Positions 17,885 through 27,058 of a DNA stretch of 32,000 nucleotides are shown piece after piece (within the stretch, counting starts at the first letter, position 1; each line of letters opens with the position of its first letter). A program made the position numbers and the translations under genes. The stretch comes from Acinetobacter wanghuae. GTDB lineage: Bacteria; Pseudomonadota; Gammaproteobacteria; Pseudomonadales; Moraxellaceae. The stretch lies in the NCBI RefSeq assembly GCF_009557235.1, contig NZ_CP045650.1:2280001-2312000 (forward strand), in the 5' to 3' direction. Under the pieces are notes generated by a model. The model ran no database searches, was not told the DNA's origin, and saw only the letters and a list, made by a program, of their open reading frames with translations.

Positions 17885-18580
17885 ATGCATTTTTCTATCA
17901 AAAATTGGCCGGAACAAGAACGGCCACGCGAACGCCTCATCCAATACGGTGCAGAAAGTCTTTCTGATGCTGAATTATTGGCAATCTTTTTACGTTCAGG
18001 CTCACAAAAACATTCTGCGGTCGAACTGGCACGTCTTTTAATCCAACATTTTGGACATTTAAGTAGATTACTTGATGCTTCAAGTGAAGATTTACGGCAA
18101 TTTCATGGCATGGGGTTGAGTAAATATACCCAACTCATGGCAGTGAAAGAACTGGGACGGCGTTATATTTCCGAACATTTAAAACAAGATGTTATTGAAT
18201 TGAATCATTCCCAGCGCTTAATAGATTATTTACGTTTTGAGCTGTTAGGCGAAACCCAAGAGGTGTTTGCTGTCCTGTGTTTAGATGCCCATTTAAGAAA
18301 AATCAGTTTTAAAAAATTGTTTTATGGCTCAGTCAATCATTGTGATATTTCAATCAATCAGTTACTACGCTATGCCATTGCTCAGCATGCCACGTCCATT
18401 GTCATTGCGCATAATCATCCTTTTGCGAAAGCTGAACCCTCTCAAGCCGATCTTCAGCTCACACAACACATTCAAGCTGCCTGCCAGTTGGTTGAAATTC
18501 GCTTAATTGATCACTGTATTATTGCCCATGAGCATAATTTTTCATTTACTGAGCATCAACTCATCAAAGTGGAGGTTTGA
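17885..18580 (+). CDS. radC: RadC-family JAMM-motif protein (UPF0758)
   Basis: 231 aa: N-terminal PRERL...GAESLSDAELLAIFLRSG and a C-terminal JAMM motif VIAHNHPFAKAEPSQAD. The divergent coaBC-radC pairing also occurs in E. coli (dfp-yicR). Confidence 0.9.
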   Translation: MHFSIKNWPEQERPRERLIQYGAESLSDAELLAIFLRSGSQKHSAVELARLLIQHFGHLSRLLDASSEDLRQFHGMGLSKYTQLMAVKELGRRYISEHLKQDVIELNHSQRLIDYLRFELLGETQEVFAVLCLDAHLRKISFKKLFYGSVNHCDISINQLLRYAIAQHATSIVIAHNHPFAKAEPSQADLQLTQHIQAACQLVEIRLIDHCIIAHEHNFSFTEHQLIKVEV

Positions 18581-18650
18581 GTATGAATACGCCTTGACAA
18601 AGCCCCGTGAAGGCAAGAAGATCGTGAGAAAATAATGATGATTAGAATCA

Positions 18651-19562
18651 ATGATCGTTCGTGACCAACCCAATGTATTTAAACTGCTGTTTTCATGGCG
18701 CGGTACCATTTTGCCTAAGGTTTTACCGCCTTTAGGCGTGGTGATGTTGCTCTCAACCATCATTGGTGGCTTGTCCTATACCGACTATTTTCATTTCCCT
18801 GAATTACCCTTAGTGGGTTTCACGCTGATTGGCGTTGTGCTGTCTATTTTCTTGGGCTTTAAAAACTCAGCCTGCTATGACCGTTGGTGGGAAGCACGCA
18901 AGATGTGGGGCATTTTGATTGCCAATTCGCGCCATTTTGACCGTGATTGTCGTATGCTCAGCCAAGGTCGACGTCAACGTGTGATTCAACATGTGATTGT
19001 ATTTGCCAATGTATTACGTGATCGTTTACGTCATCAAACGGCTAATCCAACTGAACTGGTGGAAACCAGTGGTTTAACCTCACAAGCGATTAGCCAGTTG
19101 TATCAACAAGCGAATGCACCACAATATACCTTGAGTCTTATTCAATGGGAGCTGATGCAAGCCCTAAAAGAAGGTGAAATTTCAGATATTATTTATACGC
19201 AGATGAATCAGCATGTAGCGGAACTGAGTGTAGTGCAAACGGGTTGTGACCGCATTGCAACGACTCCTTTGCCATTTGCTTATTCTGTTCTACTGAATCG
19301 TACCGTGTATTTCTTCTGCTTTATGCTGCCTTTTAGCTTGGGCTCAACCTTAGGTTTAGCCACCCCGCTCTTGGTCGGTATTTTGGCCTATACGTTTTTG
19401 GGTTTAGATGCTTTAAGTTCTGAAATTGAAGAGCCTTTTGGTAAGCAAAGTAATGATTTACCACTTGATTCGATGGTTCGAACCATCGAGATCGAATTGC
19501 TTTCAACCTTAGGTAAACCAACTCCACCGCCAATTCAAGCACAAGATCATAACTTGTTATAA
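18651..19562 (+). CDS. Bestrophin-family anion channel (YneE/UPF0187)
   Basis: 303 aa: MIVRDQPNVFKLLFSWRGTILPKV..., 4 TM helices, ACYDRWWEARK motif. Confidence 0.85.
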   Translation: MIVRDQPNVFKLLFSWRGTILPKVLPPLGVVMLLSTIIGGLSYTDYFHFPELPLVGFTLIGVVLSIFLGFKNSACYDRWWEARKMWGILIANSRHFDRDCRMLSQGRRQRVIQHVIVFANVLRDRLRHQTANPTELVETSGLTSQAISQLYQQANAPQYTLSLIQWELMQALKEGEISDIIYTQMNQHVAELSVVQTGCDRIATTPLPFAYSVLLNRTVYFFCFMLPFSLGSTLGLATPLLVGILAYTFLGLDALSSEIEEPFGKQSNDLPLDSMVRTIEIELLSTLGKPTPPPIQAQDHNLL

Positions 19563-19576
19563 GGCAGAATTAACAA

Positions 19577-19601
19577 CCTGAATGCCATGGCTGCATTCAG
19601 G
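19577..19601. terminator. Hairpin between the convergent bestrophin and trpH genes (probable terminator)
   Basis: CCTGAATGC-catggct-GCATTCAGG, a 9-bp stem. The flanking U-tracts are weak. Confidence 0.5.
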
Positions 19602-19651
19602 CTTTCATACGAAAATCATAAAAATAAATTCAACTGATTTCAAAAGTAAAG

Positions 19652-20500
19652 TTAGAAACTCTCCCAAATACCGACTTGCCCTTCTTTTAAACTTGGGATA
19701 TTACCAAGTCGAATCCACGGCATATAATCACCATGAAAATCACTCCCGACCGACACTTTCAAACCATGTTCGGCAATCATGCGATCCACCATTTGACGGG
19801 TTGAGGCAGGCTCAATGGCAGGTGGTAGTTCTACTGCATCACCGCCAAATTTTGCAAAAATCTCAATCAGGTAACGAACATTGGTTGCCGATAAATCATA
19901 ACGAGTTGGATGTGCCAATACGGCGAAACCGCCACTTTCGTGAATGATTCGGATGGTGTCTTCAAGGCTAAGACCATCAAACTTCACATACGCCTTTTTG
20001 CCTTCTTTAATATATTTATCAAACGCTTGTTGTGGTCTTGCCACAATGCCTTTTTCGACCAATGTTTTAGCAATATGTGAACGGGTAATACGATCAGGCA
20101 TTTGATCGACTTTTGCTAACACATCAGGATAGATATCTTGTCCAATTAAAGGCTCAAGCAAATCACAAATCTGTTTAGAACGCTCAGCACGAATTCTTTT
20201 TTGTTGTTCTAATGCTTTTTCTATAGGCGCTAAATTTTGCATATTTAACGCCACAATATGCACACCATAAGATTTTTTGGTGGCAGGTCTTGACCATTGG
20301 CTCGAAATCTCAACCCCAGGAATGATCTTAATCTTATGATTTTGCGCAGCTTCTTGTGCAATTTTCAGACCATCCATCGTATCATGGTCTGTTAATGCCA
20401 AAGTATGCACGCACTTTTCCACTGCCGCTTCGACCAATTGCTGCGGTGTTAAAGTTCCATCAGAAATATTGCTATGTGTATGTAAATCTACGCCGTGCAT
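19652..20500 (-). CDS. trpH: PHP-domain phosphoesterase (TrpH/YciV, RNase AM type)
   Basis: 282 aa: MHGVDLHTHSNISDGTLTP..., LALTDHDT, LAHP, GSDFHG metal-binding motifs. Confidence 0.88.
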   Translation of the reverse strand: MHGVDLHTHSNISDGTLTPQQLVEAAVEKCVHTLALTDHDTMDGLKIAQEAAQNHKIKIIPGVEISSQWSRPATKKSYGVHIVALNMQNLAPIEKALEQQKRIRAERSKQICDLLEPLIGQDIYPDVLAKVDQMPDRITRSHIAKTLVEKGIVARPQQAFDKYIKEGKKAYVKFDGLSLEDTIRIIHESGGFAVLAHPTRYDLSATNVRYLIEIFAKFGGDAVELPPAIEPASTRQMVDRMIAEHGLKVSVGSDFHGDYMPWIRLGNIPSLKEGQVGIWESF

Positions 20501-20544
20501 CTCTATACTATGACATTTATTTGATCAGAATTAGATACTCTAAC

Positions 20545-21156
20545 ATGAAAGCACTTTTAGACTTTGTGCCACTCATTATTTTCTTTTATTTATATAAAAC
20601 TGTAGATGCTAAAGATACCAATCATCCATTGCTACAACTGATCGGTTCTGCCGGTGGTGTAGACAACAATAATATTCTTGTGGCAACCACAGGTCTAATT
20701 ATTTCCATGTTAGTTGTTTATGGCGCTCTGTTTGTTATTCAAAAATTCCGTTTAGATAAACAACAATGGATTGTGTTGTTTATGACGGTCATTTTTGGTG
20801 GCATCACCTTAATGCTTTCTGATGATTTTTACATTCGTTTAAAAGCGGTACTCCTCAATTTAGTCTTTGCCGGTGCATTCTTATTGTCGCCTTGGTTTAG
20901 TAAAGACAGAAAACCACTGATTCAGCGTTTATTTGGTCCAGTCTTCAATTTGACTGAAAAAGGTTGGATGAAATTGAATGTCGCATGGGCCATTATGTTT
21001 ATGGTGATGTCATTTTTACACTGCTTCTTTGCTTATCTATGGATGGATGGCAAATATTGGGGTGAATTCACCGCATTTGGTGACATGATTGTGATGTTTT
21101 CATTTATCATTGTGCAGTTTATTGTATTGCGTAAATACTTTAAATCTTCTGAATAA
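20545..21156 (+). CDS. yciB: Intracellular septation protein A
   Basis: The ORF track starts at 20356, overlapping trpH. The real start is most likely the ATG at 20545 (MKALLDFVPLIIFFYLYK...), which matches the YciB N-terminus. 5 TM helices. Confidence 0.87.
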   Translation: MKALLDFVPLIIFFYLYKTVDAKDTNHPLLQLIGSAGGVDNNNILVATTGLIISMLVVYGALFVIQKFRLDKQQWIVLFMTVIFGGITLMLSDDFYIRLKAVLLNLVFAGAFLLSPWFSKDRKPLIQRLFGPVFNLTEKGWMKLNVAWAIMFMVMSFLHCFFAYLWMDGKYWGEFTAFGDMIVMFSFIIVQFIVLRKYFKSSE

Positions 21157-21185
21157 ATTCAATTACACAGCGATTGAGAGCTTCC

Positions 21186-21488
21186 ATGCCATTATTTGTC
21201 GTTACTTGTACCGATCAAGCAGGTACTGTCGAAAAACGCCTTGCAATTCGTCCCCAACATTTAGCACGTTTAGAGCAGCTAAATGCGGAAGGTCGCCTCA
21301 TTGTCGCAGGTGCGATGCCAAAAGACCCAAGCAATCCAAAAGCGGGTTTTTATGGCAGCACGATTATTGTTGATTTTGATAGCCGTGAAGCACTTGATGC
21401 GTGGTTGGCAGATGAGCCTTTCCTCAAAGAAGGTGTGTATTCACACATTGATGTGAAACCCTTCAATAAAGCATTTCCTAAAGGATAA
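21186..21488 (+). CDS. yciI: YciI-family protein
   Basis: MPLFVVTCTDQAGTVEKRLAIRPQHLARL...GAM...PF. The ATG at 21186 is preceded by GAGAG, whereas the track start at 21174 is a TTG. It follows yciB as in enterobacteria. Confidence 0.85.
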   Translation: MPLFVVTCTDQAGTVEKRLAIRPQHLARLEQLNAEGRLIVAGAMPKDPSNPKAGFYGSTIIVDFDSREALDAWLADEPFLKEGVYSHIDVKPFNKAFPKG

Positions 21489-21493
21489 TTCTC

Positions 21494-22012
21494 ATGCGTG
21501 TTGTTTTTGCTAGTCTTCTCAGTCTGATTGTATCAAGCCAAGCGGCTTGGGCTGTTGAAGTCACCTCACCCAATGAAGCAGCAACGTCACAGCACGCGCC
21601 TCCTACTGCCAGTATTCAACCTGCAGTTGCAGTCCAAAAACCTCAAGCAACAACACCATCAGGTGTCATGCCTGTTGCTGCAACAAACGGACAAATTGCC
21701 GTTGCAAGTGATAAGCCCTTAACAGCGGAACAAATTGCTAAAAATAAAGCCTTGCAAGATGCGAAAGTAAAAGCCTTGGTCAAAGATCAAGCCACACGCT
21801 TACAACAACTTGAAAAAGCCAACTTAGAGGCTTTGTCACAAAACCAAGAATTGCAGCTCAAAAATGACAGTTTAGGTGTGCAAGTCCAAGTTTTGCAAAG
21901 TGAACGCAGTGCACAGATGTTTCTCTACGGCGCTGCTACGATTGCAGTCGGTGTATTACTTGGTTTTTTAATTGCCAGCTACGTTTATACCAAACGTCGT
22001 CGTCAGTGGTAA
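21494..22012 (+). CDS. Signal-peptide / coiled-coil / C-terminal TM-anchor protein
   Basis: Signal peptide MRVVFASLLSLIVSSQAAWA, an Ala/Pro/Thr/Gln-rich linker, heptad-like LQQLEKANLEALSQNQELQLKNDSLGVQVQVLQ, then a TM helix and KRRRQW. Apart from lacking an SH3 module, the architecture resembles YgiM/TIGR04211-type proteins (from memory). Confidence 0.65.
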   Translation: MRVVFASLLSLIVSSQAAWAVEVTSPNEAATSQHAPPTASIQPAVAVQKPQATTPSGVMPVAATNGQIAVASDKPLTAEQIAKNKALQDAKVKALVKDQATRLQQLEKANLEALSQNQELQLKNDSLGVQVQVLQSERSAQMFLYGAATIAVGVLLGFLIASYVYTKRRRQW

Positions 22013-22051
22013 CCTATTCCCCTTCCCGATGTTCTTAAGGTTGTTCCTGTT

Positions 22052-23968
22052 GTGTCTCATGCAATTCAAAATGCCGATCTTGATTGGCAGTTGATTGACG
22101 GCATTGATGTGCCTGTATCCAAGCAATTTGGTGATGTGTATTTTTCCAAAGACAATGGTTTATTAGAAACGCGTCATGTGTTTTTAAATGGCAATGATTT
22201 AAGTGAACGTCTTGCCAGTTTAAAACCGTTTGAATACTTTTGCGTGGGCGAAACTGGCTTTGGAACAGGCTTAAACATCTTGGCTTTATGGCAGTTATGG
22301 CAACAGGTTCGAGCGGATAATCAGAGTCATTTACATGTCATTTCTGTGGAGAAATTCCCACTCAGCAAGCAAGATTTAACTCGTGCATTAAAAGCATGGC
22401 CTGAGCTTTCTGTCTTTAGTGAGCTGTTGATATCGCAATACCCGCTGCCGCTTGCAGGCGTGCATCGTCTGACTTTCCCTGAAGAACGTTTTAGTATTGA
22501 TTTATGGTTAGGTGATGCACAAGAGATTTTGCCCAATGTTGAAAAAACAGCAGCTGTCAATGCATGGTTCTTAGATGGTTTTGCGCCCTCCTGCAATCCT
22601 GATCTTTGGGCAGACAATGTCCTCAGTCAGGTCGTTCGCTTGTCCGACATTGGCACAACATTTTCATCATTTAGTGTGGCTGGTGTTTTAAAACGTGGAC
22701 TACAGCAGCACGGTATTCATATTTCACTTCCACGTGGCTTTGGCAGTAAATCTCAAATGCTTAAAGCGATTTGGAATACTGAAACAGAGCATGAAAATAA
22801 CAACACTGACACGAGCACGCCACAAAATGCTGTAGCAAACCGAAAACCAATACTGAAAGCACGAAAAATCGCTGTGATTGGCGCAGGAATCGCAGGTTTA
22901 AGCAGTGCGTGGGCATTTGCTCAGCGTGGGCATTCGGTGACCATTTACGATCAAACAGCGCCACTTGCAGGTGGGTCTGGCAATCCCTTGGCTTTGCTGA
23001 ATCCAAAACTGTGTCCAATTGAGCAAACCAGTGAGCATCTCATTGCATTGGCTTGGCAATACGCACTGCTGCACTATGCAAAATTTAAAGCCTTTCGCCC
23101 CATTCAAATCAATCAATTGGCACTTAAAGATCCTGAACAGCTGCTCGCTTTAGCCGATGATTATCCACAAGGCGTATTCAAAACACAGCCTGCTGAGCAA
23201 CAAAACCTGAAGACTGAATACTCAAGTTTAAACTTGTTACAAGGCGGTGCTATCTTGCCTCATGTCTTCTGTGAGGAGGTTTTAGCACATGAAAATATTA
23301 CTTATCAGCAAGCTAAAATTACTCAGGTCATACAACAGGATCAAGTTCAGCTATTTGAAGATGACGTACTGCTTGGTGAATTTGATCATGTCGTGATGTG
23401 TACCGCCAAAGATACAGCCCAATTTTTTGAAAATTATCCGATTCTTAAACCCACGCGCGGACAAGTCAGTTGGCTCAATAATCAACATCATCCATTAGAT
23501 CCCAATATGGCGTATAGCTATGCGGGTTATGCGATGCAATTGGATGCTGAGCATCTAATCATGGGTGCATCGTTTTACCCGAATAGTGAAAATACCGAAA
23601 CACGTGAAGAAGATCATGTGCATAACTACACACTGATCCACAATGCGTTTCCTGAATATGCAGAAGGTTTAGCCCCGATTGATGAATGGCAAGGTCGAGC
23701 ATCGCTGCGTGCTTTAAGTCAGGATTATTTTCCTATTTTGGGTCAAATGAAAGCTGATGAAGAAATGTATAGTTTTGCGGGTCTTGGCTCGAAAGGTTTT
23801 TTGTTTGCGCCACTGTGTGCTGAAGTTTTAGCGGCTCAGATGCTCGGTGAAGCGTGTCCACTTCCATCGAGCTTGGTCAAAAAATTACGTGCCACACGTT
23901 TTCAAAAAAAAGTACGTGTGAGAAAACCTTATTTTAAAGGTCCTATTCCTTCAAAAAAGACAGATTAA
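22052..23968 (+). CDS. mnmC: Bifunctional tRNA (mnm5s2U34) methyltransferase / FAD-dependent cmnm5s2U34 oxidoreductase
   Basis: 638 aa with a GTG start. The N-terminal block FGDVYFSKDNGLLETRHVFL matches E. coli MnmC. A SAM-methyltransferase domain is followed by a DAO domain (IAVIGAGIAGLSSA). Confidence 0.9.
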   Translation: MSHAIQNADLDWQLIDGIDVPVSKQFGDVYFSKDNGLLETRHVFLNGNDLSERLASLKPFEYFCVGETGFGTGLNILALWQLWQQVRADNQSHLHVISVEKFPLSKQDLTRALKAWPELSVFSELLISQYPLPLAGVHRLTFPEERFSIDLWLGDAQEILPNVEKTAAVNAWFLDGFAPSCNPDLWADNVLSQVVRLSDIGTTFSSFSVAGVLKRGLQQHGIHISLPRGFGSKSQMLKAIWNTETEHENNNTDTSTPQNAVANRKPILKARKIAVIGAGIAGLSSAWAFAQRGHSVTIYDQTAPLAGGSGNPLALLNPKLCPIEQTSEHLIALAWQYALLHYAKFKAFRPIQINQLALKDPEQLLALADDYPQGVFKTQPAEQQNLKTEYSSLNLLQGGAILPHVFCEEVLAHENITYQQAKITQVIQQDQVQLFEDDVLLGEFDHVVMCTAKDTAQFFENYPILKPTRGQVSWLNNQHHPLDPNMAYSYAGYAMQLDAEHLIMGASFYPNSENTETREEDHVHNYTLIHNAFPEYAEGLAPIDEWQGRASLRALSQDYFPILGQMKADEEMYSFAGLGSKGFLFAPLCAEVLAAQMLGEACPLPSSLVKKLRATRFQKKVRVRKPYFKGPIPSKKTD

Positions 23969-24043
23969 GAAAAATGTTTTGAATAGCAAATTCAGACCAA
24001 CTTTAGCTCGATTAAGCGATGCGGTCTAAAATAATTAGTCCAT

Positions 24044-24069
24044 AAAAAAGCGCCTTACGGCGCTTTTTT
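24044..24069. terminator. Bidirectional Rho-independent terminator between mnmC and the rhodanese gene
   Basis: AAAAAAGCGCC-ttac-GGCGCTTTTTT. Confidence 0.85.
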
Positions 24070-24078
24070 AAATCTAAC

Positions 24079-24393
24079 TTACGCACCTTGTTCAAGTGCT
24101 AAGCCTGCATCACGTGCAGCACGTGTGCCACCCATCAAAATGACATATTCGCGTGAGCTGTCATAACCCTCTAATAATTCAGCTGCGCGAGGCGCTTTGC
24201 TTCCACCACCACATAAAATGTAAATGGGTTGATCCGTTGACACCTGAGTTAGGCTGTCTGCAGAAAGACCGCTAATGGGCTGATTGACTGCCCCTTTCAC
24301 GTGTGCTTCAGCATAAGCACTAGAATCACGAACATCCCAGATAATTGCATTTTCTGGGAACTCAAATGTTGTAATTTCTTGTTTACGGATCAT
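24079..24393 (-). CDS. Single-domain rhodanese-like sulfurtransferase
   Basis: I prefer the ATG at 24393 (MIRKQEITTF...), which has a perfect AAGGAG SD 6 nt upstream; the track start at 24420 is a GTG. Features: IWDVRDSSAYAEAHVKGAVN and the active-site loop YILCGGGSKA. Confidence 0.82.
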   Translation of the reverse strand: MIRKQEITTFEFPENAIIWDVRDSSAYAEAHVKGAVNQPISGLSADSLTQVSTDQPIYILCGGGSKAPRAAELLEGYDSSREYVILMGGTRAARDAGLALEQGA

Positions 24394-24484
24394 TGTGCAC
24401 TCCTTTGATGTAAACAACACTTGGCAAATGAAGAAAACATCCCTAGCATCTCAGATATTCTTTCCATTTGTAAAGGTCTAAACC

Positions 24485-24973
24485 ATGCCTTCTTTTGATA
24501 TTGTTTCTGAATTAGAAGTTTTTGAAGTGAACCATGCGGTTCAAAACACGCAAAAAGAGATTGCGACCCGCTTTGACTTCCGCGGCCAAGACGTTTCTAT
24601 CGAGTTAAACGAAAAAAATAAAGAAATTAAAATTTCGACTGAAAGTGATTTCCAGTGTGAACAAGTCTATAGCATGCTTGAAAATCATTTCTTTAAACGT
24701 AAAGTCGATATTCAAGCGCTTGATCCACAAAAAATGACGGCTTCTGGTAAAAACGTGATTCAAATCATCAAACTGAAAGATGGTCTTGACTCAGATACCG
24801 CGAAAAAAATTAATAAAGCCATTAAAGAAAGCGGCATTAAAGCGCAATCTTCTATTCAAGGGGATAAAATTCGCGTGACTGACAAAAAGCGCGATACGTT
24901 GCAACAAATTATGGCGTTCTTAAAAGAACAACAATTTGGCGTGCCTTTACAGTTCAATAACTTTAAAGATTAA
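24485..24973 (+). CDS. yajQ: YajQ-family nucleotide/cyclic-di-GMP-binding protein (UPF0234)
   Basis: MPSFDIVSELEVFEVNHAVQNTQKEIATRFDFRG... is the canonical YajQ N-terminus. 162 aa. Confidence 0.92.
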   Translation: MPSFDIVSELEVFEVNHAVQNTQKEIATRFDFRGQDVSIELNEKNKEIKISTESDFQCEQVYSMLENHFFKRKVDIQALDPQKMTASGKNVIQIIKLKDGLDSDTAKKINKAIKESGIKAQSSIQGDKIRVTDKKRDTLQQIMAFLKEQQFGVPLQFNNFKD

Positions 24974-25001
24974 GATCATTGAGGATCTTAAAGAAGGGAT
25001 T

Positions 25002-25505
25002 ATGACGCAGACCAATAAACTTTCCAAACTGGTAAAAGCCACTTCAAAATTGCCTCAGGGCATTCGAAGTACAGTCTTGAGTAAAACCTTTGGTCGCGTT
25101 GTCCCGATGGTCGGCTCAGCCAAGATTCGTTACATTAATGTGACGGCGTCTGAAGTTGAAATCACCATTGCCAATCACAAAGCCATGCAAAACCATATTG
25201 GTCAACTGCATGCTTGTGCAATGGCATTGCTTGCAGAAACAGCCACAGGATTTGTCACCGCAATGAATGTGCCTGATTCTGCAATTGTTTTGATTAAATC
25301 CATCAATATCGATTACAAACGCCCAAGCAAAGGTGCGATGCGCGCCATCGCCACATTAACGCCTGAACAACAACAACAAATACGTGAACTCGAGCGTGGT
25401 GAAACCTTGGTAAAAGTAACCTTAACAGATGAATCTGGTGAAGCACCAATTCAATGTGAAATGTTGTGGGCATGGGTCGCAAAGTCTTACCTGAAAAATA
25501 AATAA
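25002..25505 (+). CDS. Hotdog-fold protein (DUF4442 / YiiD C-terminal-like thioesterase superfamily)
   Basis: The track ORF starts at 24936, inside yajQ. The ATG at 25002 (MTQTNKLSKLV...) follows GAAGGG. The central NHIGQLHACAMALLAETATG resembles the DUF4442 hotdog helix (family assignment from memory). Confidence 0.6.
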   Translation: MTQTNKLSKLVKATSKLPQGIRSTVLSKTFGRVVPMVGSAKIRYINVTASEVEITIANHKAMQNHIGQLHACAMALLAETATGFVTAMNVPDSAIVLIKSINIDYKRPSKGAMRAIATLTPEQQQQIRELERGETLVKVTLTDESGEAPIQCEMLWAWVAKSYLKNK

Positions 25506-25595
25506 ATGTAAATAAAACTTACTGTTGGGTAAGTGTGATGCTTACGTGATTTGCACCAAGCTGCCACAAAATAAAGCTCGTTTACAGATTCATTC

Positions 25596-25637
25596 ATGCT
25601 CAATATAGACATATTCTCCATCAATGATATTGAGCAT
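25596..25637 (+). promoter_or_regulatory. 11-bp inverted repeat (ATGCTCAATAT-N20-ATATTGAGCAT) ending 4 nt before the start codon of the SnoaL-like gene
   Basis: The arms at 25596..25606 and 25627..25637 are exact reverse complements. This could be an operator or a 5'UTR hairpin covering the ribosome-binding region. Confidence 0.5.
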
Positions 25638-25641
25638 TACT

Positions 25642-26118
25642 ATGAAAAAAGTATTATTGGCGACTGCCCTTGTTTTAAGTATTCCGACACTCAGTAGCGT
25701 TCAAGCTGCTGATCCTCAATCGACTGTACGGGTCAAATCTCAAGCCGAGCAAAACAAAAACATCGTGGTCGATTTTTATGAGGGTGTCTTTCAAAAGCAT
25801 GAGGTAAAGGCATATTCAGACCGTTATATTGGCAATCAATACATCCAACATAACCCTCATGTCCCCGATGGCAAAGCACCATTCGTGAATTACTTTACCC
25901 AATATTTTAAAGAAAACCCCGATGCAAAAAGCACCATTAAACGCGTTGTCGCAGACGGTGACTTGGTGTGGTTACACGTACATTCTACGCAAAATTCGAA
26001 GGATCTCGGTACAGCCGTTGTCGATATTTTCCGTGTTGAAAATGGCAAAATTGTGGAGCATTGGGATGTACAGCAACAGGTCCCAAAACCAAGTGCCAAC
26101 AAAAATACCATGTTCTAA
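25642..26118 (+). CDS. Secreted SnoaL-like / NTF2-fold protein
   Basis: The ATG at 25642 gives MKKVLLATALVLSIPTLSSVQA, a signal peptide. The mature part NKNIVVDFYEGVF...YIQHNP...GDLVWLHVH...DIFRVENGKIVEHWDV is typical of the SnoaL-like ester-cyclase family. Confidence 0.78.
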   Translation: MKKVLLATALVLSIPTLSSVQAADPQSTVRVKSQAEQNKNIVVDFYEGVFQKHEVKAYSDRYIGNQYIQHNPHVPDGKAPFVNYFTQYFKENPDAKSTIKRVVADGDLVWLHVHSTQNSKDLGTAVVDIFRVENGKIVEHWDVQQQVPKPSANKNTMF

Positions 26119-26136
26119 CGCGCTAGCTGTAAAAAT

Positions 26137-26165
26137 AAAAAACCAGACATAATGTCTGGTTTTTT
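26137..26165. terminator. Bidirectional Rho-independent terminator between the SnoaL-like gene and yciA
   Basis: AAAAAACCAGAC-ataat-GTCTGGTTTTTT. Confidence 0.85.
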
Positions 26166-26178
26166 AATTCTCAATGAA

Positions 26179-26622
26179 TCAATTCTGTTGCTGTTGTAGC
26201 TCTGCAAAGCGCTGTTTAGATTCATCTGGAATCGCACGCTTATTGCCTTTTACGTCGACTGCAACAAAGGTATACACCCCTTCTGTCACACGAATTGGAT
26301 CACGTGAACTGTCATGGCTATCCCAAACTTCAATTTGCATTTGAATGGACGTATTACCCACTTTTAAAATTTTGGTGTAAACACTAATCACATCGCCCAC
26401 TTTCACAGGCACTAAGAATGTCATCTGGTTAATGGAAATGGTTGCACAACGTCCTTTTGAAAAACGTTCTGCATGAATGGCACCTGCCAAGTCCATTTGT
26501 GACACAATCCAACCGCCAAATACATCACCGCTCCAGTTGGTATCGGCAGGCATCGCTATGGTTTGTAGGGAAAGTGTTCCCTCTGGTTTTACGTGAGATT
26601 CTGACACATTCACTCCAAGCAT
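26179..26622 (-). CDS. yciA: Acyl-CoA thioesterase (YciA type, hotdog fold)
   Basis: LSLQTIAMPADTNWSGDVFGGWIVSQMDLAGAI... aligns closely with E. coli YciA (LRTLAMPADTNANGDIFGGWLMSQMD). The track's GTG start at 26691 overlaps trxC by 59 nt, so I use the ATG at 26622. Confidence 0.85.
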   Translation of the reverse strand: MLGVNVSESHVKPEGTLSLQTIAMPADTNWSGDVFGGWIVSQMDLAGAIHAERFSKGRCATISINQMTFLVPVKVGDVISVYTKILKVGNTSIQMQIEVWDSHDSSRDPIRVTEGVYTFVAVDVKGNKRAIPDESKQRFAELQQQQN

Positions 26623-26632
26623 CTGAATAGAA

Positions 26633-27058
26633 TTAAGCACTGAGCTGCTGATCAAGCCATTGTTGTAACTCAGGGGTTCTGAGCGCACCACTTATTCTAG
26701 CAACTTCTGTCGTTTTATTCATCAACACCAAAGTCGGAATACTGCGCACATTAAATGCCGCACTTAAACGTGGATTCGCTTCAGTATCAATTTTAGCAAA
26801 CACGACATTGGGATAAAGCTTCGCAACATTGGCAAAATGCGGTGCCATCATTTTACAAGGACCACACCAATCCGCCCATAAATCAATCAGTACAGGTAAA
26901 TCACTGTTGCTAATAAATTGACTAAAATTTTGCTCATTTAATTCAATGGGTGCGAGTGGTATAAGACCTTGATGACATTGACCGCATGCCGGATTTGAGC
27001 CCAATTTGTCTTCAGGAACGCGATTTTTAGCCAAACATGATGGGCATACAATAATCAT
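26633..27058 (-). CDS. trxC: Thioredoxin 2 (with N-terminal zinc-finger)
   Basis: N-terminal CPSC...CGQC zinc-binding pairs plus a WCGPC active site. 141 aa. Confidence 0.92.
   Translation of the reverse strand: MIIVCPSCLAKNRVPEDKLGSNPACGQCHQGLIPLAPIELNEQNFSQFISNSDLPVLIDLWADWCGPCKMMAPHFANVAKLYPNVVFAKIDTEANPRLSAAFNVRSIPTLVLMNKTTEVARISGALRTPELQQWLDQQLSA

Noticed and set aside
20356-20544. Long N-terminal extensions proposed by the ORF track for yciB (from 20356), the hotdog protein (from 24936), yciA (from 26691), rhodanese (from 24420), yciI (from 21174), the SnoaL-like gene (from 25624) and the crotonase gene (from 3389).
   Set aside because: The extensions overlap neighbouring genes or use GTG/TTG codons without SDs. 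Downstream ATGs have SDs and reproduce the canonical family N-termini or signal peptides.
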